Assembly: GCA_964106645.2 (NCBI GenBank)
Contig: OZ067045.1
Reading direction: 5' to 3' (one strand)
From: Podarcis pityusensis
Taxonomy: Eukaryota
DNA length: 64,000 nt
Shown here: positions 12,046 through 23,968 of the stretch, piece after piece
How positions within the stretch are numbered: position 1 is the stretch's first letter
Layout of the letters: every line of letters begins with the position of its first letter
The notes under the pieces: generated by a model
Told to the model about the DNA's origin: nothing
Databases searched by the model: none
What the model saw: only the letters and a program-made list of their open reading frames with translations
Translations under genes and position numbers: made by a program

Positions 12046-12295
12046 CAGTTGTACCTTAGAAGTTGAATCGAATCCGTTCCAGAAGTCTGTTCGAGTTCCA
12101 AAATGTTTATAAACCAAAGTGCGGCTTCTGATTGGGTGCAGGAAGCTCCTGCACCCAATCAGAAGCCACAGAAGCCCTGTCGGACATCTGGCTTCCAAAA
12201 ATAGTTCGCAAACTGGAACACTCACTTCTAGGTTTGTAGCGTTCGGGAGCCAAAACGTTCGAGAACTAAGATGTTCGAAAACCAAGGTACGACTG
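12046..12295. mobile_element. Tc1/mariner/Tigger-type MITE
   Basis: TA|cagttgtacctt ... aaggtacgactg|CA; internal perfect 21-bp hairpin. Confidence 0.8.
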
Positions 12296-12490
12296 CACCT
12301 GCAAACTGATTTTAGCATCATTTTTTTAAATACTCCCCAAAGCTTTCCATTCGCCCTTTGTCTGTTTATGTCCAGATTCCTTATTTTGGCTGTCATATTT
12401 GCAAGTTCTGCAAATTATGTCAATTTTTAACCACTTAAGTTGTACAGATACAACTCCCATCAGACTCAGTCAGAACAGCCATCGTATTAC

Positions 12491-12574
12491 CTTGACAGCA
12501 GCTGAGTATTGCTGAGATAGTTTCTGACACTGGTCCAGTTTGGCTTGATTTGCCTCGATTTCAGCAAACAGCGC
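12491..12574 (-). CDS. MACF1: MACF1 exon (ALFAEIEANQAKLDQCQKLSQQYSAAVK)
   Basis: tttaag|GCG (AAG acceptor) ... AAG|gtaata; 84 nt. Confidence 0.95.
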
Positions 12575-12925
12575 CTTAAATGCAAGAGAAAAGCAATGTT
12601 AAAATCATGGTGACAAACTGGAAGGTTTATCTGCCCTCTAAGAAGGTTTGTTCTCTCTGTGTTCTCTTTCCTACAGATTCACATCACACTGCCCACACAC
12701 TTCACTTAATTACTGAGTTAATTATTCCAACAAGAACATCCCTACAGTTATCAGTCTGTCACTGAGCTAGGGACACCCCCGCCTTCCTAATTTACGGTTC
12801 TTTTCCTTCAAAAAGCCATAAGAGACAACCAGCTGGATCAGGTCAAAGATCCATCTAGTCCAGCGTAGTCTTTCCCAGATGCAACAGCTGTCTTCCCACA
12901 CAGATTCCCAGAAACTGGTATTCAG

Positions 12926-13066
12926 AGGGATAGCTCAGTTAGTAGAGCATGAGACTCTTAATCCCAGGGTTGTGGGTTCATGTCCCCCTGTTGGGCGAAA
13001 GATTCCTGCATTCCAGGGGGTTGTACTAGATGATACTTGTAGTCCCTTCCAATTCTATGATTCTAT
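12926..13066 (+). mobile_element. tRNA(Lys)-derived SINE with CR1-type tail
   Basis: tagctcagttagtagagcatgagactcttaatcccagggttgtgggttc head (A/B boxes, CTT loop), then cccttccaattctatgattcta tail. Confidence 0.85.
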
Positions 13067-13371
13067 TACTAGCAGTCACTAATAATCTATTTATTAACTG
13101 CTTTGTTCTCCACGAATCCTAAAGCTTATGAATTTTAACTAGGGCTTTGCATTACGCACAAACCTAGCGCCCTTCCTTAAGCATGGTTTGTTTGGTCACT
13201 CCCCACCCTAAGATGCTACAAAGACGTGAGGCAAGAGCAGCTGGAAAGCAAAACAAACTCTGGAGAAACAAGCCATGATTTGTTTGATCATCAGTAGAAT
13301 AACTTGTTGTTAACCTGTGATTTGTTAAACCGACCATGGCTTAAGCAACAGTGGCTTTGTCCAGGCCTTAC

Positions 13372-13534
13372 CATTTGCTGGCTGAGTTGCTCTGAAAGGA
13401 CCCTGCTATCTTCCGCTTGTCCAGGTTTCATCAGTTCCTGCTGCGTTGTGGTCTCCTCAATCCACTGGATCAGTGCCCCATGACAGTTCCGGTAATCACT
13501 CAGTACTTCCTCAATACTCTCCAGCTCTGATCGG
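13372..13534 (-). CDS. MACF1: MACF1 exon (RSELESIEEVL...EQLSQQM)
   Basis: tgacag|C ... ATG|gtaagg; 163 nt. Confidence 0.96.
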
Positions 13535-14197
13535 CTGTCAAGAGATGAAGAGGAGGAAGAGAAAAGGTGGGTGAGATAAAACTATGAACCTGAAGTTGCA
13601 TGAACAATATTGCTTTGATGTAAGAACAGTTTTGCTGTGTATGGCACTTTCTAAAGTAAAAAAGAAAAGAGGATTAGGTTCTGCCCTGTAAAGGCTTGCA
13701 ATCTGGGATGGAATGATGGAATCCTGCAAGATTTGGCACTTACAACTTTTAGATGAGCGCTAAACAACCTATAATTCCAGTGGCAAATCCATGTTGGGTA
13801 ACTAATTTTACCAAGAGCCATATTTTGATCTGGTGACAGCAGCAACACTGGCATCTACCCTCACTTCCTGCAAGACTCTTTAACCCCTTCCTGCCTTGCA
13901 GAAACGACATCAAAAGCTTCTGCAGAACCCTTCTCTGTTCTCCTGTGCAAGAACTGGCTTATGTCCTTCTCAAAAGCAGCAAGATATGGGGTACGGGTAG
14001 GCATTATTCTCTCTCTTTTGTTTTAATTTTCCTTTATTTTGAATCATTTATTACCCAAGGAATCCCAGAGCAGGGTACAGAAAACAAAAAGGGAGTAGCT
14101 GGCAGTTGCAGTCTGAAACATTTGGAGGGCAACCAACAGAAAAGTGTGGGTTAGCCTATCAGTGAGAAAGCAGTTGCCCAGAGGTGGTTCTTCTCAC

Positions 14198-14391
14198 CGA
14201 GTCTCGATCTGTAGGCTGACCCTCTGCCAGCGATCCCAGAGTTGGCTCCCTTTCTCCTGGTAGCGCTCCAGGTCCGGACTGCGCTCCTGCTTCAGACGGT
14301 ACAGCTGGTCTGTCACAACTTTAGCTCTTGCCAAGTCATCTTCCAACATAGCAAAGACATTGCCCTTATCGTTCACTTCACTGATCCATTG
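14198..14391 (-). CDS. MACF1: MACF1 exon (QWISEVNDK...SLQIETR)
   Basis: ctgcag|CAA ... CG|gtgaga; 194 nt. Confidence 0.96.
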
Positions 14392-14788
14392 CTGCAGCAT
14401 TAAAAATGAAGAAAGAGAGAGAAGCACTGATTGAGAATGACTGAAATAAAGAATAGGCAGGCTGCAAGAACCCATCCTCTAGCTCAGCCTTAACCAACCT
14501 GGTGACCCCCAGATGCGTTTGGACTGCAACTCCCATCAGCCCCAGCCAGCACTGCCATGTTGGCTGGGGCTGTGTGGAACTGTTCTGCAAAATGTCTGAA
14601 AGGCACTAGGTTCGCAGTGCTGTGAATATTTATTTATTAAGGTTTTATATTACTCTTTGTTCAATGAACTCGGGGCATATTATTATATAGCTAAAATGAT
14701 AAATGCATAATCATTTCAATCAATACACGTTAAAAAGAACTAAAAATGCCACATCTGTCTAGAGAGTGATTACAAAGCCAAGCATATA

Positions 14789-15154
14789 CAGTGGTGCCCC
14801 GCAAGACGAATGCCTCGCAAGATGGAAAACCCGCTAGACGAAAGGGTTTTCCGTTTTTGAGTTGCTTCGCAGGACGAATTTCCCTATGGGCTTGCTTCAC
14901 AAGACGAAAATGTCTTGCGAGTCTTGAGATTTTTTTTTCGCTTTCCCCCCCCTTTATCTAATCCGCTAAGCCTTTAATAGCCTTTAATAGCCTTTTAGCA
15001 GCTAATCCGCTAAGCCTTTAAGCCTTTAATAGCCGCTAAACCGCTAATAGCGCTAATCCGTTAAGCCGCTAATAGGGTTGCTTCGCAAGACGAAAAAACC
15101 GCTAGACGAAGACTCTCGCGGAACGGATTAATTTCGTCTTGCGAGGCACCACTG
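14789..15154. mobile_element. Tc1/mariner/Tigger-type MITE with internal short tandem repeats
   Basis: TA|cagtggtgccccgcaagacgaa ... ttcgtcttgcgaggcaccactg|TA; CpGs retained, so probably young. Confidence 0.9.
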
Positions 15155-16220
15155 TAAAAATAATAGGACATTGACTCAGTTCACACACAATGCTAAGCCA
15201 AAACAGGCAAGCTTGTGGGCCTCCGGGCAGGTGATTGTGGTCACTCTTCTCCTCCTCCAATCCTGCCACCACCATGTTGTCATAAGCTAAGCCACAGTTG
15301 GGCTTAGCATTACACCCAAACCTGAGCTCATGGTTTATGTCACTCTAGACAACCAAAATCCATAATCAAGTGCTGTTCTATGACTTACCACTTGTGGTTT
15401 ATCTGGGATAAACCACAAACCTGGGTTCAGACGTTACATTAAGCCAAACCATGGTGAAACTCACATCAGCACGGGAGCAAGACCAGAAGAAGAGCCAAGC
15501 AGCTGCATTCTCCCTGGAAACTTGCACCTTTGTGCTAAACCATGGCTTCACTTAGCAGTACCTGGTCATTGAATTCACGTAACTGCCAATCCAAGTCTTT
15601 CCCTTCAGGCCTTAAATTTAACTGCAGCTTATTGTTACAGGGATGGGACACCTGTGGCCCTCCAGATGTTGGTGGACTGCAACTCCTCTTGATTCCTGAC
15701 TGCTGATCATGCTGGCTAGGGTTAATGGGAGCTAGAGTCCAACAACATATGGAGGACCACAGGTTAGTCGCCTCTGGAATAAAATAATGTTTGCATTGTT
15801 TGTTTCAAGCTGATGCATTTGTAAATACCTAACTTCATTTACATTTAGGTATTTGCTAAAAAAAATTTTTTTAAATAATTATTTGGCTCAAGGAGGGTAT
15901 GTACATTTCTTCAATACACAATAGCTTCTTGTCCACCCACAGAATGGCTGGGAGATCCAAAGTACATCTGTTGAAGCAGGCAGACGCTAGAGGGCAGGAG
16001 ATGCAAGATGCTGTGTTCATCAGCTTGGCACAAGCCAGACTCATTGCCAAGAGCTATCAGCATCAGCCTGAGGAGCAACATGGCCTGAAAGGCACAGCTG
16101 TTTTGCTTGCTGTTCACCATCAGGCTGCAATAAGCTGCATCAGGACAGTAAGAATTTGCAGCCACATGAGACTGGCGTCTCCCCACCCAGAGGACCCAGC
16201 TGGTGGAGGGAAAAGCTTAC

Positions 16221-16359
16221 CTGTAATGTGGCTCGGTGAGATTGAATGGCACTTAGGTCCGCAGGCACAGCCTCCTCCTGGCTCAGTTTAACCTCATACC
16301 CTTTGACCAAAGACTCAGCTCCTTGGGTATTGCGAATGATAACGTCCACAGTCTTTAAC
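16221..16359 (-). CDS. MACF1: MACF1 exon (LKTVDVIIRN...HRATLQ)
   Basis: tgatag|G ... CAG|gtaagc; 139 nt. Confidence 0.96.
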
Positions 16360-16935
16360 CTATCAGATATAAAAAGGGAAACTTCACTTCCTGAAACTAT
16401 GATAAGCTTTTATTTGGTGGCACATCAGCATGCTTGTATCTGGCCAAGTGGGTGGATGTCATCGCAACCTAAGGGGCTCCCAAAATGACTGCCACTCCTG
16501 GCCTCCCTCCTTCACTGCAAGTACATACAAAATTAAGATCTGTATCGCTTGAACTCAACATAGATCTCAGAATCCTAGTGTTGCTGAACTATTCCAGGCA
16601 GAAGCACCTGGCTTTGAGAAAATGGAATCCAGTGGTCATTTCCTCTGGGAATTCTCCAAAAATTACTGGATTCTAGGGGACTGAATAAGCCCCACTGCAT
16701 GCATTCTAGGGGATTGCATAAACTACTCTTTATGTACTAGGATGCTAACAGCCAAAAGGTCTCTACATTTTACAGAGTAACCACAGCAGAGCACACACTC
16801 TGTATGTAAAAGCTTTCAGGTTCAGAGTCAGTACTGAGCTAGAAGGTCTGTGTTGGTCTGTGTGTATGTTCCTATCATACAGCAACAACTGGTTCCCTCT
16901 CTTGGCTTGTTAACAAGACGGCTATAAGAACTCAC

Positions 16936-17114
16936 TTGTCCAGATAGATAGTTGAGAGCCCGTAGACATGGTCCATCTTTTCCACCAGCAGGTTAAGCTC
17001 AGAACGAAGGTGTGGGGTGCTGGTTCCTGTTGGAGACTTGTGCAGGAAAATAGTGCATCTCTCAGAAAGTTGCTCCATGTCATCCTTCAAGTGATTCAAA
17101 TCTTCCTTCAACCT
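16936..17114 (-). CDS. MACF1: MACF1 exon (RLKEDLNHL...STIYLDK)
   Basis: ctgcag|AGG ... AA|gtgagt; 179 nt. Confidence 0.96.
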
Positions 17115-17307
17115 CTGCAGAGACCAACAGGCATTAGTGAGCAAGAGCAGAGATACTGACCTTTCATGCTACATATCTGCCTTCACAGCAATGGTCAGCA
17201 GGGGCAAGAACTAAACTGGGAGGTGTAACAAGTCAAAGAAGGGACTTTTCAGTCATACTGTACTGTCCAAAATCTGGAATATTCCCAGAAGACTATAAAA
17301 CACCAAC

Positions 17308-17477
17308 CTCCTGCTCGGCAAGCCGGAAAGTGTTTTCCTGCAGAGCGTCCCCATCCGTTCTTGTGCTGCTTGGCGTCCGGATGGTGCCCACCAGACGTTG
17401 TTCACACTCCTCCAGGTGAAGCCGAATATTCTTCAGCTCAGAGAGGTACGTCCGAGAAGCAGTCTCATCTTTGTCCT
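17308..17477 (-). CDS. MACF1: MACF1 exon (EDKDETASRTYLSELKNIRL...LAEQE)
   Basis: gaacag|AG ... GAG|gttggt; 170 nt. Confidence 0.95.
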
Positions 17478-18215
17478 CTGTTCACACATGTACAACAATA
17501 ACTGAATTCTTCCTCCAGCTGTTTCATGTGCTCAGATGTGGGTCAAATACTACTGCTGTTTGGAAGCTCAATAGAAGCTCAATGTTTTGCATGCAGAAGG
17601 CCACAGATCCAGCCCCAGTCCCTTGCATTTTCCATTAGAAAGGAACTCAGAAGATAGCAGGGTTGGGAAATAAAGGCCTTCATCTGCAAGAGACCCTGGG
17701 GGAATCACTGCTGGTTACATTGGACAGTGCAGTGTCATGAACCAAACCTTAGAATCCGCTTTAGAGGACTGTACATTTGAGATCCCTGATTTTCAGGGTT
17801 ATGAAATGTGTAGGGAGCCTCCACACGTACAGGAGGTGCCCTCCACTTTGCAAGGGGTACAGCTAGCCTGCTCATCCCTATAGTGCCCCTCATGTGTTTA
17901 TTTTACTGTCAAGTAAAACACCTGAAGGTGGCTACAGCTAGGTGCAGCTGGCAAGTTAATGTGCAAGATCCAAAGAATGACAAAATTGGAAAAACATGTT
18001 TCTTTCCTTCAAGACTTTTACCACATCTTGGTCAAAACAGGAGAGAGCTCCTGGCGCCAGAAAAAACATTGATTTGGCGGCCAGAGTCACCCCTGAATGA
18101 AACAGTTATTGTTCCTTCCATCTCTCACACTGCAAATATTCCCATTCATTCATTCATTTTCCGCCCTTCATCAGAAGATCTCAGGGCAGTTCACAAATAA
18201 AAATACAGGCTAGAA

Positions 18216-18704
18216 CAGAGGTCGGCAATCTAAGGCCTGCGGGCCAGATACGGCCCATCGGGGTCATTAATCCAGTGCGCGAATCTTGCGAACCCTGCCG
18301 CCCGCTCAGTCAGTCCCCACACTAAACAGGCGTGGTGTGGAGGCCTTGCTGCACGGAGACTGACTTCTGCGACGCAGCACAGATTCTGATTGGCTGCAGG
18401 AAGCTCCTGCAGCCAATCAAAAACTGTGGACACCTCTAGGTGCTGCTCCTTCCTTCCTACTGAGGTGGCCGAGCGAGAAGGAAGTAGCAGCAGCGTGGAA
18501 GCTGCCTCTGCCACCCAGGCCAGCGGCATGGGCTCTGTGCCCCGCCGAGACAGAGGATGCTGACACTGCCGAAGACAAGGCAGCGTTGGCGTGAGTGGCA
18601 TCGGCGGGGTGTGTGTGCGCTTTCGGGAGGGGGTGGGTCTGGCCCCCCACAAGGTCTGAGGCACAGTGGACCGGCCCCCTCCTGAAAAAGTTTGCTGACC
18701 CCTG
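18216..18704. mobile_element. Non-autonomous hAT (Charlie-like) element
   Basis: TIRs cagaggtcggcaatct / agtttgctgacccctg; perfect 8-bp TSD GGCTAGAA at 18208-18215 and 18705-18712. Confidence 0.92.
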
Positions 18705-18841
18705 GGCTAGAAGCACAAAATAAATAGTTAAAACCAAGCCATAGAATATTAATCATCTAGGCCAGGCTTCACCAAGCCCAGAGCTGATGGAAGGAAGGAG
18801 ACACCAGGCTGGCAAAGCTTATCTAGGCTCAGACAGCTTAC

Positions 18842-19025
18842 CATTTTCCATTGACTGCAAAAGCTGCTGGAAGTGCTCCTTGCATGAGTCCACATCCTCC
18901 TCTAGGCGCAGCCGATCTGTTACAGAGAAGAGCTCCGAATCCCGGCTGTCCTCCAAGAAATCATCGTAGTGCACCTGCAGGCTCCTCATGGTTTGGTGGC
19001 ATTCCCCTGGGGCCAGGGCCCTGAG
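18842..19025 (-). CDS. MACF1: MACF1 exon (LRALAPGECHQ...LQSMEN)
   Basis: tcacag|CTC ... AATG|gtaagc; 184 nt. Confidence 0.96.
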
Positions 19026-19524
19026 CTGTGAGTTGCACACACACAAACACAAAGGGGACATGTTCACATTGAGGGCTAAGTGAAAATGAACAACGCTTGG
19101 AGTCACAGGCCAGTACAAGCAAAGATGACAAAAATGGTAGGCATTATTTTTTGTCTCATTGCTGGCTCCAGTCAAACAAGTTTTGCAGGTGTTTGTTGCT
19201 TCAAGCTGGGAAATTCATAGAATCGTAAAATTTTAGAATTCTAGAGTTGGAAGGGACACCGAGGGTCATCTAGTCCAAACCCTTGAAATGCAGAAATCTC
19301 AGCACATGCCCCCCACATCCAATTAGAAACCATACTGGACTCTATTTAACTTTGCAAAGGTGCTAGCAATGTTATTGCCCCCTCAGAAGGACATGCGTGC
19401 CTATTGGCCAGTAACTGTAATATCACTGGAGACAAGCAACACACAAAAGACCAGCTCTGCATAGGAGGAAACATATGTATGAAACAAATCTAAGGCACCT
19501 TCCTTGCTTTTGATTCACATGGAT

Positions 19525-19735
19525 AAAGAGTCTTGTGGCATCTTATCACCAACAGACTTATTATGCCATCACTTTTTGTGGGCCAATACCTACTTTGGCA
19601 GATAACACAAAGTTTCAGGTATATGGTGAAATGGGGCTTAGCCCACAAGAGTTTATGCCACAATAAAGTTGGTTGGTCTTTACTACCCCAAAGTTGTTAC
19701 TGTTTTTGAAGCAACAGAGTGGCAGAGCTACCTCA
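19525..19735. mobile_element. Degenerate Penelope-type inverted repeat
   Basis: Same layout as 47463-47685 (inverted arm, spacer, arm plus tail), strongly diverged. Confidence 0.55.
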
Positions 19736-20186
19736 TCTGCAATGTATTTGTTTGAGCTGGCTTTGGCTTTCAGTGGCCAAGGGAAGAATAAGGGGTGATA
19801 TTTGTGTAATGGGGCCTTTATATGAAGAAGTGGTTAGTTATCATTCTATAATCTTCTAAATTCAGGAGTTTAAGCAGGATGTTCTTTTTGGTTATGCTGT
19901 GAAGTGGCACTATATTGGTGGCATATGAAAACAACTTCTTGTTTTATTGGGCTGATTTTACTAAAGGAAGTCTTTGGTTGCCAAGGGGTCTCGCCCTCAC
20001 CCCACTGCACACGAAATTCTTCAGTCTTGTATTATTATCCAACATTACCTTCCCATTTCCTCCCACCACCTTCTAACTTCCTGTCCAGCTCCACCCAATC
20101 AGGAGGCCACTTTTATGGTTGGCATGCTTTAGCTGTGCACGCCCTTATCTCACTGGCAAGCATCACTCTGGGGCTTGCAGTATTAC

Positions 20187-20313
20187 CTTCTCCATATTCC
20201 AGCTTTGCACCAGACCAATGTCTTTTCTCAAGTAGTTCCAGGAAACAAGGCTCTTCATGTTTACATGGAGCTGGTGCCACAAGGCCATCACCTTCTGGTA
20301 CAGCTGTTCCACC
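20187..20313 (-). CDS. MACF1: MACF1 exon (VEQLYQKVMALW...SWNMEK)
   Basis: ttgtag|G ... AAG|gtaata; 127 nt. Confidence 0.96.
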
Positions 20314-21162
20314 CTACAATTGGAAGGCAGTTCAAAACTGGGTGTCTGCAGGACCATGTGGACATCAACCTTCTGAATTATGGTATATTACGCTGTATCT
20401 ACTCAGGAAGGCCAGGGGGAGCAAGTCTCCGTCCCAGGATGGGTCAGGCAAAGACAGTATTGGAAATGTTGTTCTGACACAGTTCAAAGCAGCTCCTCAT
20501 ATTCAAAAGGTAAATGCAACCTCTCACAAAAGGCAAGAATTGAGCTACCACTGCCCCCAAAGATCCATTTCCAACATAACACTTTTAGAAGCCAGCTGAC
20601 AAACTTCAGACCCAGAGGCCACATGTAGCCCTCCAAGCTGGCTTTCAGGTCCCGTCCCCCCCCAGGACACACCCTCCTCATCTACACCCCTCGAGTATTT
20701 TTGCCTGGCTGAAATAAGTCATTGAACCTGGATGATACTTCTTGCTTGGCTGGCTGGAGGACAGAGAGGGTTTTCTGTACATACAAAGAAATTCGCCTAC
20801 TGTAGAAAGGCAACTTTCACATTTGTTGCTTTGCCCACTTTTGCCTCCTGCCTCACCCAGGACGGGCATGTGGCCCCTGGAATATTGCCCAGAATAAATG
20901 TAGTCTTTGGGCTAAAAAAGGTTCAAACTTGCCCCTACCCCTAGGCTAAAGAGCCACGGCAAAATCATAGATACCAGTGTTTGATTGCCTGGGAGGTTTT
21001 CTGGCTCTGGGAGAAAGAGACAGATGCTGTACCCATCTGGCCCACAATGAGAACTAGAATCTTCAAGGGGCAAAAGGTATGATCTTAGGTTTCTGTATGC
21101 TTTGCCCCAGTAGCTAGATTTTGTTCTACATGTAGAGCTCTGTTGAAAACTATTCCTTTCCA

Positions 21163-21198
<36 letters not shown>

Positions 21199-21384
21199 TT
21201 ATACCCCACCCATCTGGCTGGGCTTCCCCAGCCACTCTGGGCGGCTTCCAAAAAAATATTAAAATACTGTAATACATCAAACTTTAAAAGCTTCCCTAAA
21301 CAGGGCTGCCTTCAGGTGTCTTCTAAAAGTCTGGTAGTTGTTGTTCTCTTTGACATCTGGTGGGAGGGCATTCCACAGGGAGGG
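21163..21384 (-). mobile_element. L2-like LINE 3' end with (TTA)n tail
   Basis: (AAT)n then cttataccccacc...ctctgggcggcttcc...gggagggcattccacag. Similar reversed tails near 51228-51530 and 60820-61130. Confidence 0.7.
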
Positions 21385-21538
21385 CACATGTTAAAAAGTT
21401 TATGTTACACATGCCAGCAGACCCAACCCCCCACCAAATTGCTGCAAACATTTTGTTTTCTTTTACATGCACACACCTACAAAACCCCCAGGTCAATAGG
21501 AACCCTGGCACTGCTCAAGGAAAGAAAGATTCCTTTAC

Positions 21539-21693
21539 CTGCTGGCCACATCAATGGCCTCTTTGTTAGGAGGGGGCACCAAGAAGCAAACAGACGGGAC
21601 CATGGCCTCGTTTCCGGTAGGGCTGATCACTTTCCACTTGGTTCGCTGGGAATTGTCTTCTAGCACACACTCGTCATTCTTACAGATGGTGAT
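21539..21693 (-). CDS. MACF1: MACF1 exon, plakin SH3 ([11 protein letters not shown]...[21 protein letters not shown])
   Basis: acacag|ATC ... AG|gtaaag; 155 nt. Confidence 0.96.
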
Positions 21694-21809
21694 CTGTGTG
21701 GTCAGCAAAAGGAACACTGGTCCAGTAGATGGTCAAACTGTCACCCCTCGTCCTCCCCACACCGCTCCTCCCACAAAGTGATCCTAGGCATCTAGGCATC
21801 ATGTAGTCT

Positions 21810-21940
21810 AGGGGTGGCCAACGTGGTGCCCTCCAGATGTTGTGGACTGTAACTCCCATAATCCCTGGCCACTGGCCATGCCTGCAGAGCCTGATGCGAG
21901 TTGTAGTCCAAAACATATGGAGAGCACCATATTGGCTACA
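21810..21940. mobile_element. Short palindromic hAT-like MITE (ggactacaactccc family), representative copy
   Basis: Inverted arms around ggactgtaactccca...gagttgtagtcc. Relatives near 5030, 14490, 15640, 33140, 33480, 47205, 52980 and 58080. Confidence 0.65.
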
Positions 21941-22205
21941 TACAGCAAGCCCACATCTTACGCAAGGGTTCAGTTTCCAAGTTCCATGTGTAAAGACAAA
22001 AATGCATAAAGTCAGGAACCCCTGAATCAGGTCTCCTGCAAGGTGGAGGGCTGTTTTCCCAGCTTTGGGTTGGTGGCACAAGGGCTCTGGGATGCTGCCA
22101 GAGCCCTTATGCCGTTTCCCCAAAGCCAGGTAAGCCTGCTAACACAGTTTTGCACAGGTGGGAGGGGATATAAATAAATGGAGATTGGTTTTCCTCTACG
22201 CTCCT

Positions 22206-22206
<1 letters not shown>

Positions 22207-22259
<53 letters not shown>

Positions 22260-22277
22260 ATCTATCTATCATCTATC
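22207..22277. repeat. (TCTG)n(TCTA)n microsatellite
   Basis: Seen directly. Confidence 0.95.
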
Positions 22278-23137
22278 ATTTTCCCCACCCCCACCCATGT
22301 AAAGACTTGCAGTTGGACTTACTATACTCCAACCTCATTCTGCAGCTAAAACACTCTCAGCAGAAGCGTCTCCAACTATTCTTCACCATCTCAGATGAAG
22401 GAGATGCCAAAGACTCCCTAGTTAGTTTCTTACAGTGGTGAAATAGGGCACTTGAAATAAATTTTCGCCCAACTGAAGTTAAGTGTTCTTGACTTCTTCT
22501 TCTTACCAATGCTAAATCAAAATCTAAGTGACCCCACCTCTTCCCCGCAACCCTGGCATCCATGCTTGAAGAACTGACTCTCACCCTGACTTCCATGCAT
22601 AAACAGCAATATTACTAGGCCTTTGTACAACATTTTTTAATGTTGAAAGCATTCCATGCGTACATCGCATTCAGATGCCAATGTTAAGAAACTCATATTT
22701 TCTTCATGGTTTCCAACAAGCTATAATTTCCCATGTTGTTTAAGTCTGGTTTGGTACCCTAGTTTCATTAACTAGCCCTCATTACAGGAAAACAAAGTTA
22801 GTATAAGCTTCAATTGGAAGCTTAAAACTGCAAACCTAAAGTTCACCACTGTTTGTTCTGATAAAGCTATACCAGTGTGTTATCTGAATGCAGCCAAATT
22901 GTCACAGTAATCCTTATGACAAACATTGCAATGTATCATCATCATCATCACTTTGCCTGTGTATTATCTTATACTATACTATCTCAAGGCCATCACTGAA
23001 CACTGGCTTTGAAACCTGAGAGGTTTATAAATTCAAAGAGGAAGAGCCTGGATTTAAACTCGCAGATTTCGGATTTAGGGAATAAACAGAACACTCAGAA
23101 TCCAAAGGAAGTTTCACGTCAGCTGTTATCAGCTCAC

Positions 23138-23290
23138 CTCAATTTGGCGATAATCACAGATGGCCTTCACAGAGATGGTGTTCTGCAAAGCATGGTCAGG
23201 GTTTCGTGGCTTCAGCTGTACAATGCTTTTGGACCTACCCACCAAGCTGGCAACGGAACTCTTGGACTGGATCAGCTGCTCCTTTTCATC
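23138..23290 (-). CDS. MACF1: MACF1 exon, SH3 start ([10 protein letters not shown]...AICDYRQIE)
   Basis: tgacag|GAT ... GAG|gtgagc; 153 nt. Confidence 0.96.
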
Positions 23291-23472
23291 CTGTCAAAAT
23301 TAGAAAGGCAAGAAGGATGGATGGAACAGAAGGGCAAGGACAGGCAGGAGAAGAATGGCCAGAAACCTCATGCCCACACTGCCCTCTGAGGAGCTAGCAT
23401 TTGGTCAATGGAAGTTTGGGTTTTAAAGGGCAAGTATAGGTAGGGTTGTATGTGTGTCCATGTCTTCATATG

Positions 23473-23498
23473 CACACACACACACACACACACACACA
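23473..23498. repeat. (CA)n microsatellite
   Basis: Seen directly. Confidence 0.9.
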
Positions 23499-23909
23499 CT
23501 CATTTGCAACTTCTCCAAGCAGAAGTGGGAGTAGGGCAGGGAGTACAGAGACAATCCATATTTAATACTATTCCAGGCAAGAGGACCAATTATCTCCCAG
23601 TCCTCCCTGCCCACTCACCCCCCGCCACTCCGAAAGTTGCATGCAGAGTTAAAACATTACTACTAGGTCCAAAATTCAGAATTATCTGCAAAACAGTGAA
23701 CAGTGCAACAAAGCCCAAACTCATCATTTTTCATTGGGAAAAAGAAATAAAAACTACCTGGATTTTTGTAAAAAGGTGAAATAAAAGAAGGCATGAGAAC
23801 TGTGTGAAAAAGATTGTTCAGGTAGTTTCAATGTATGTACTTAAGCAATTTTAAACCTGATAGAAAAAAGAAAGCTGGGAAATGATGTGTGGAGAGAGAA
23901 AGAGAGAGA

Positions 23910-23966
<57 letters not shown>

Positions 23967-23968
23967 AA
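23910..23968. repeat. (GAAA)n microsatellite
   Basis: Seen directly. Confidence 0.95.

Noticed and set aside
12926-12998. tRNA-Lys(CTT)-like sequence as a tRNA gene
   Set aside because: Damaged T-arm and acceptor stem, fused to a CR1 tail; it is a SINE head
19904-20599. 231-aa plus-strand ORF
   Set aside because: Partly antisense to a MACF1 exon; no coding-like motifs; GTG start
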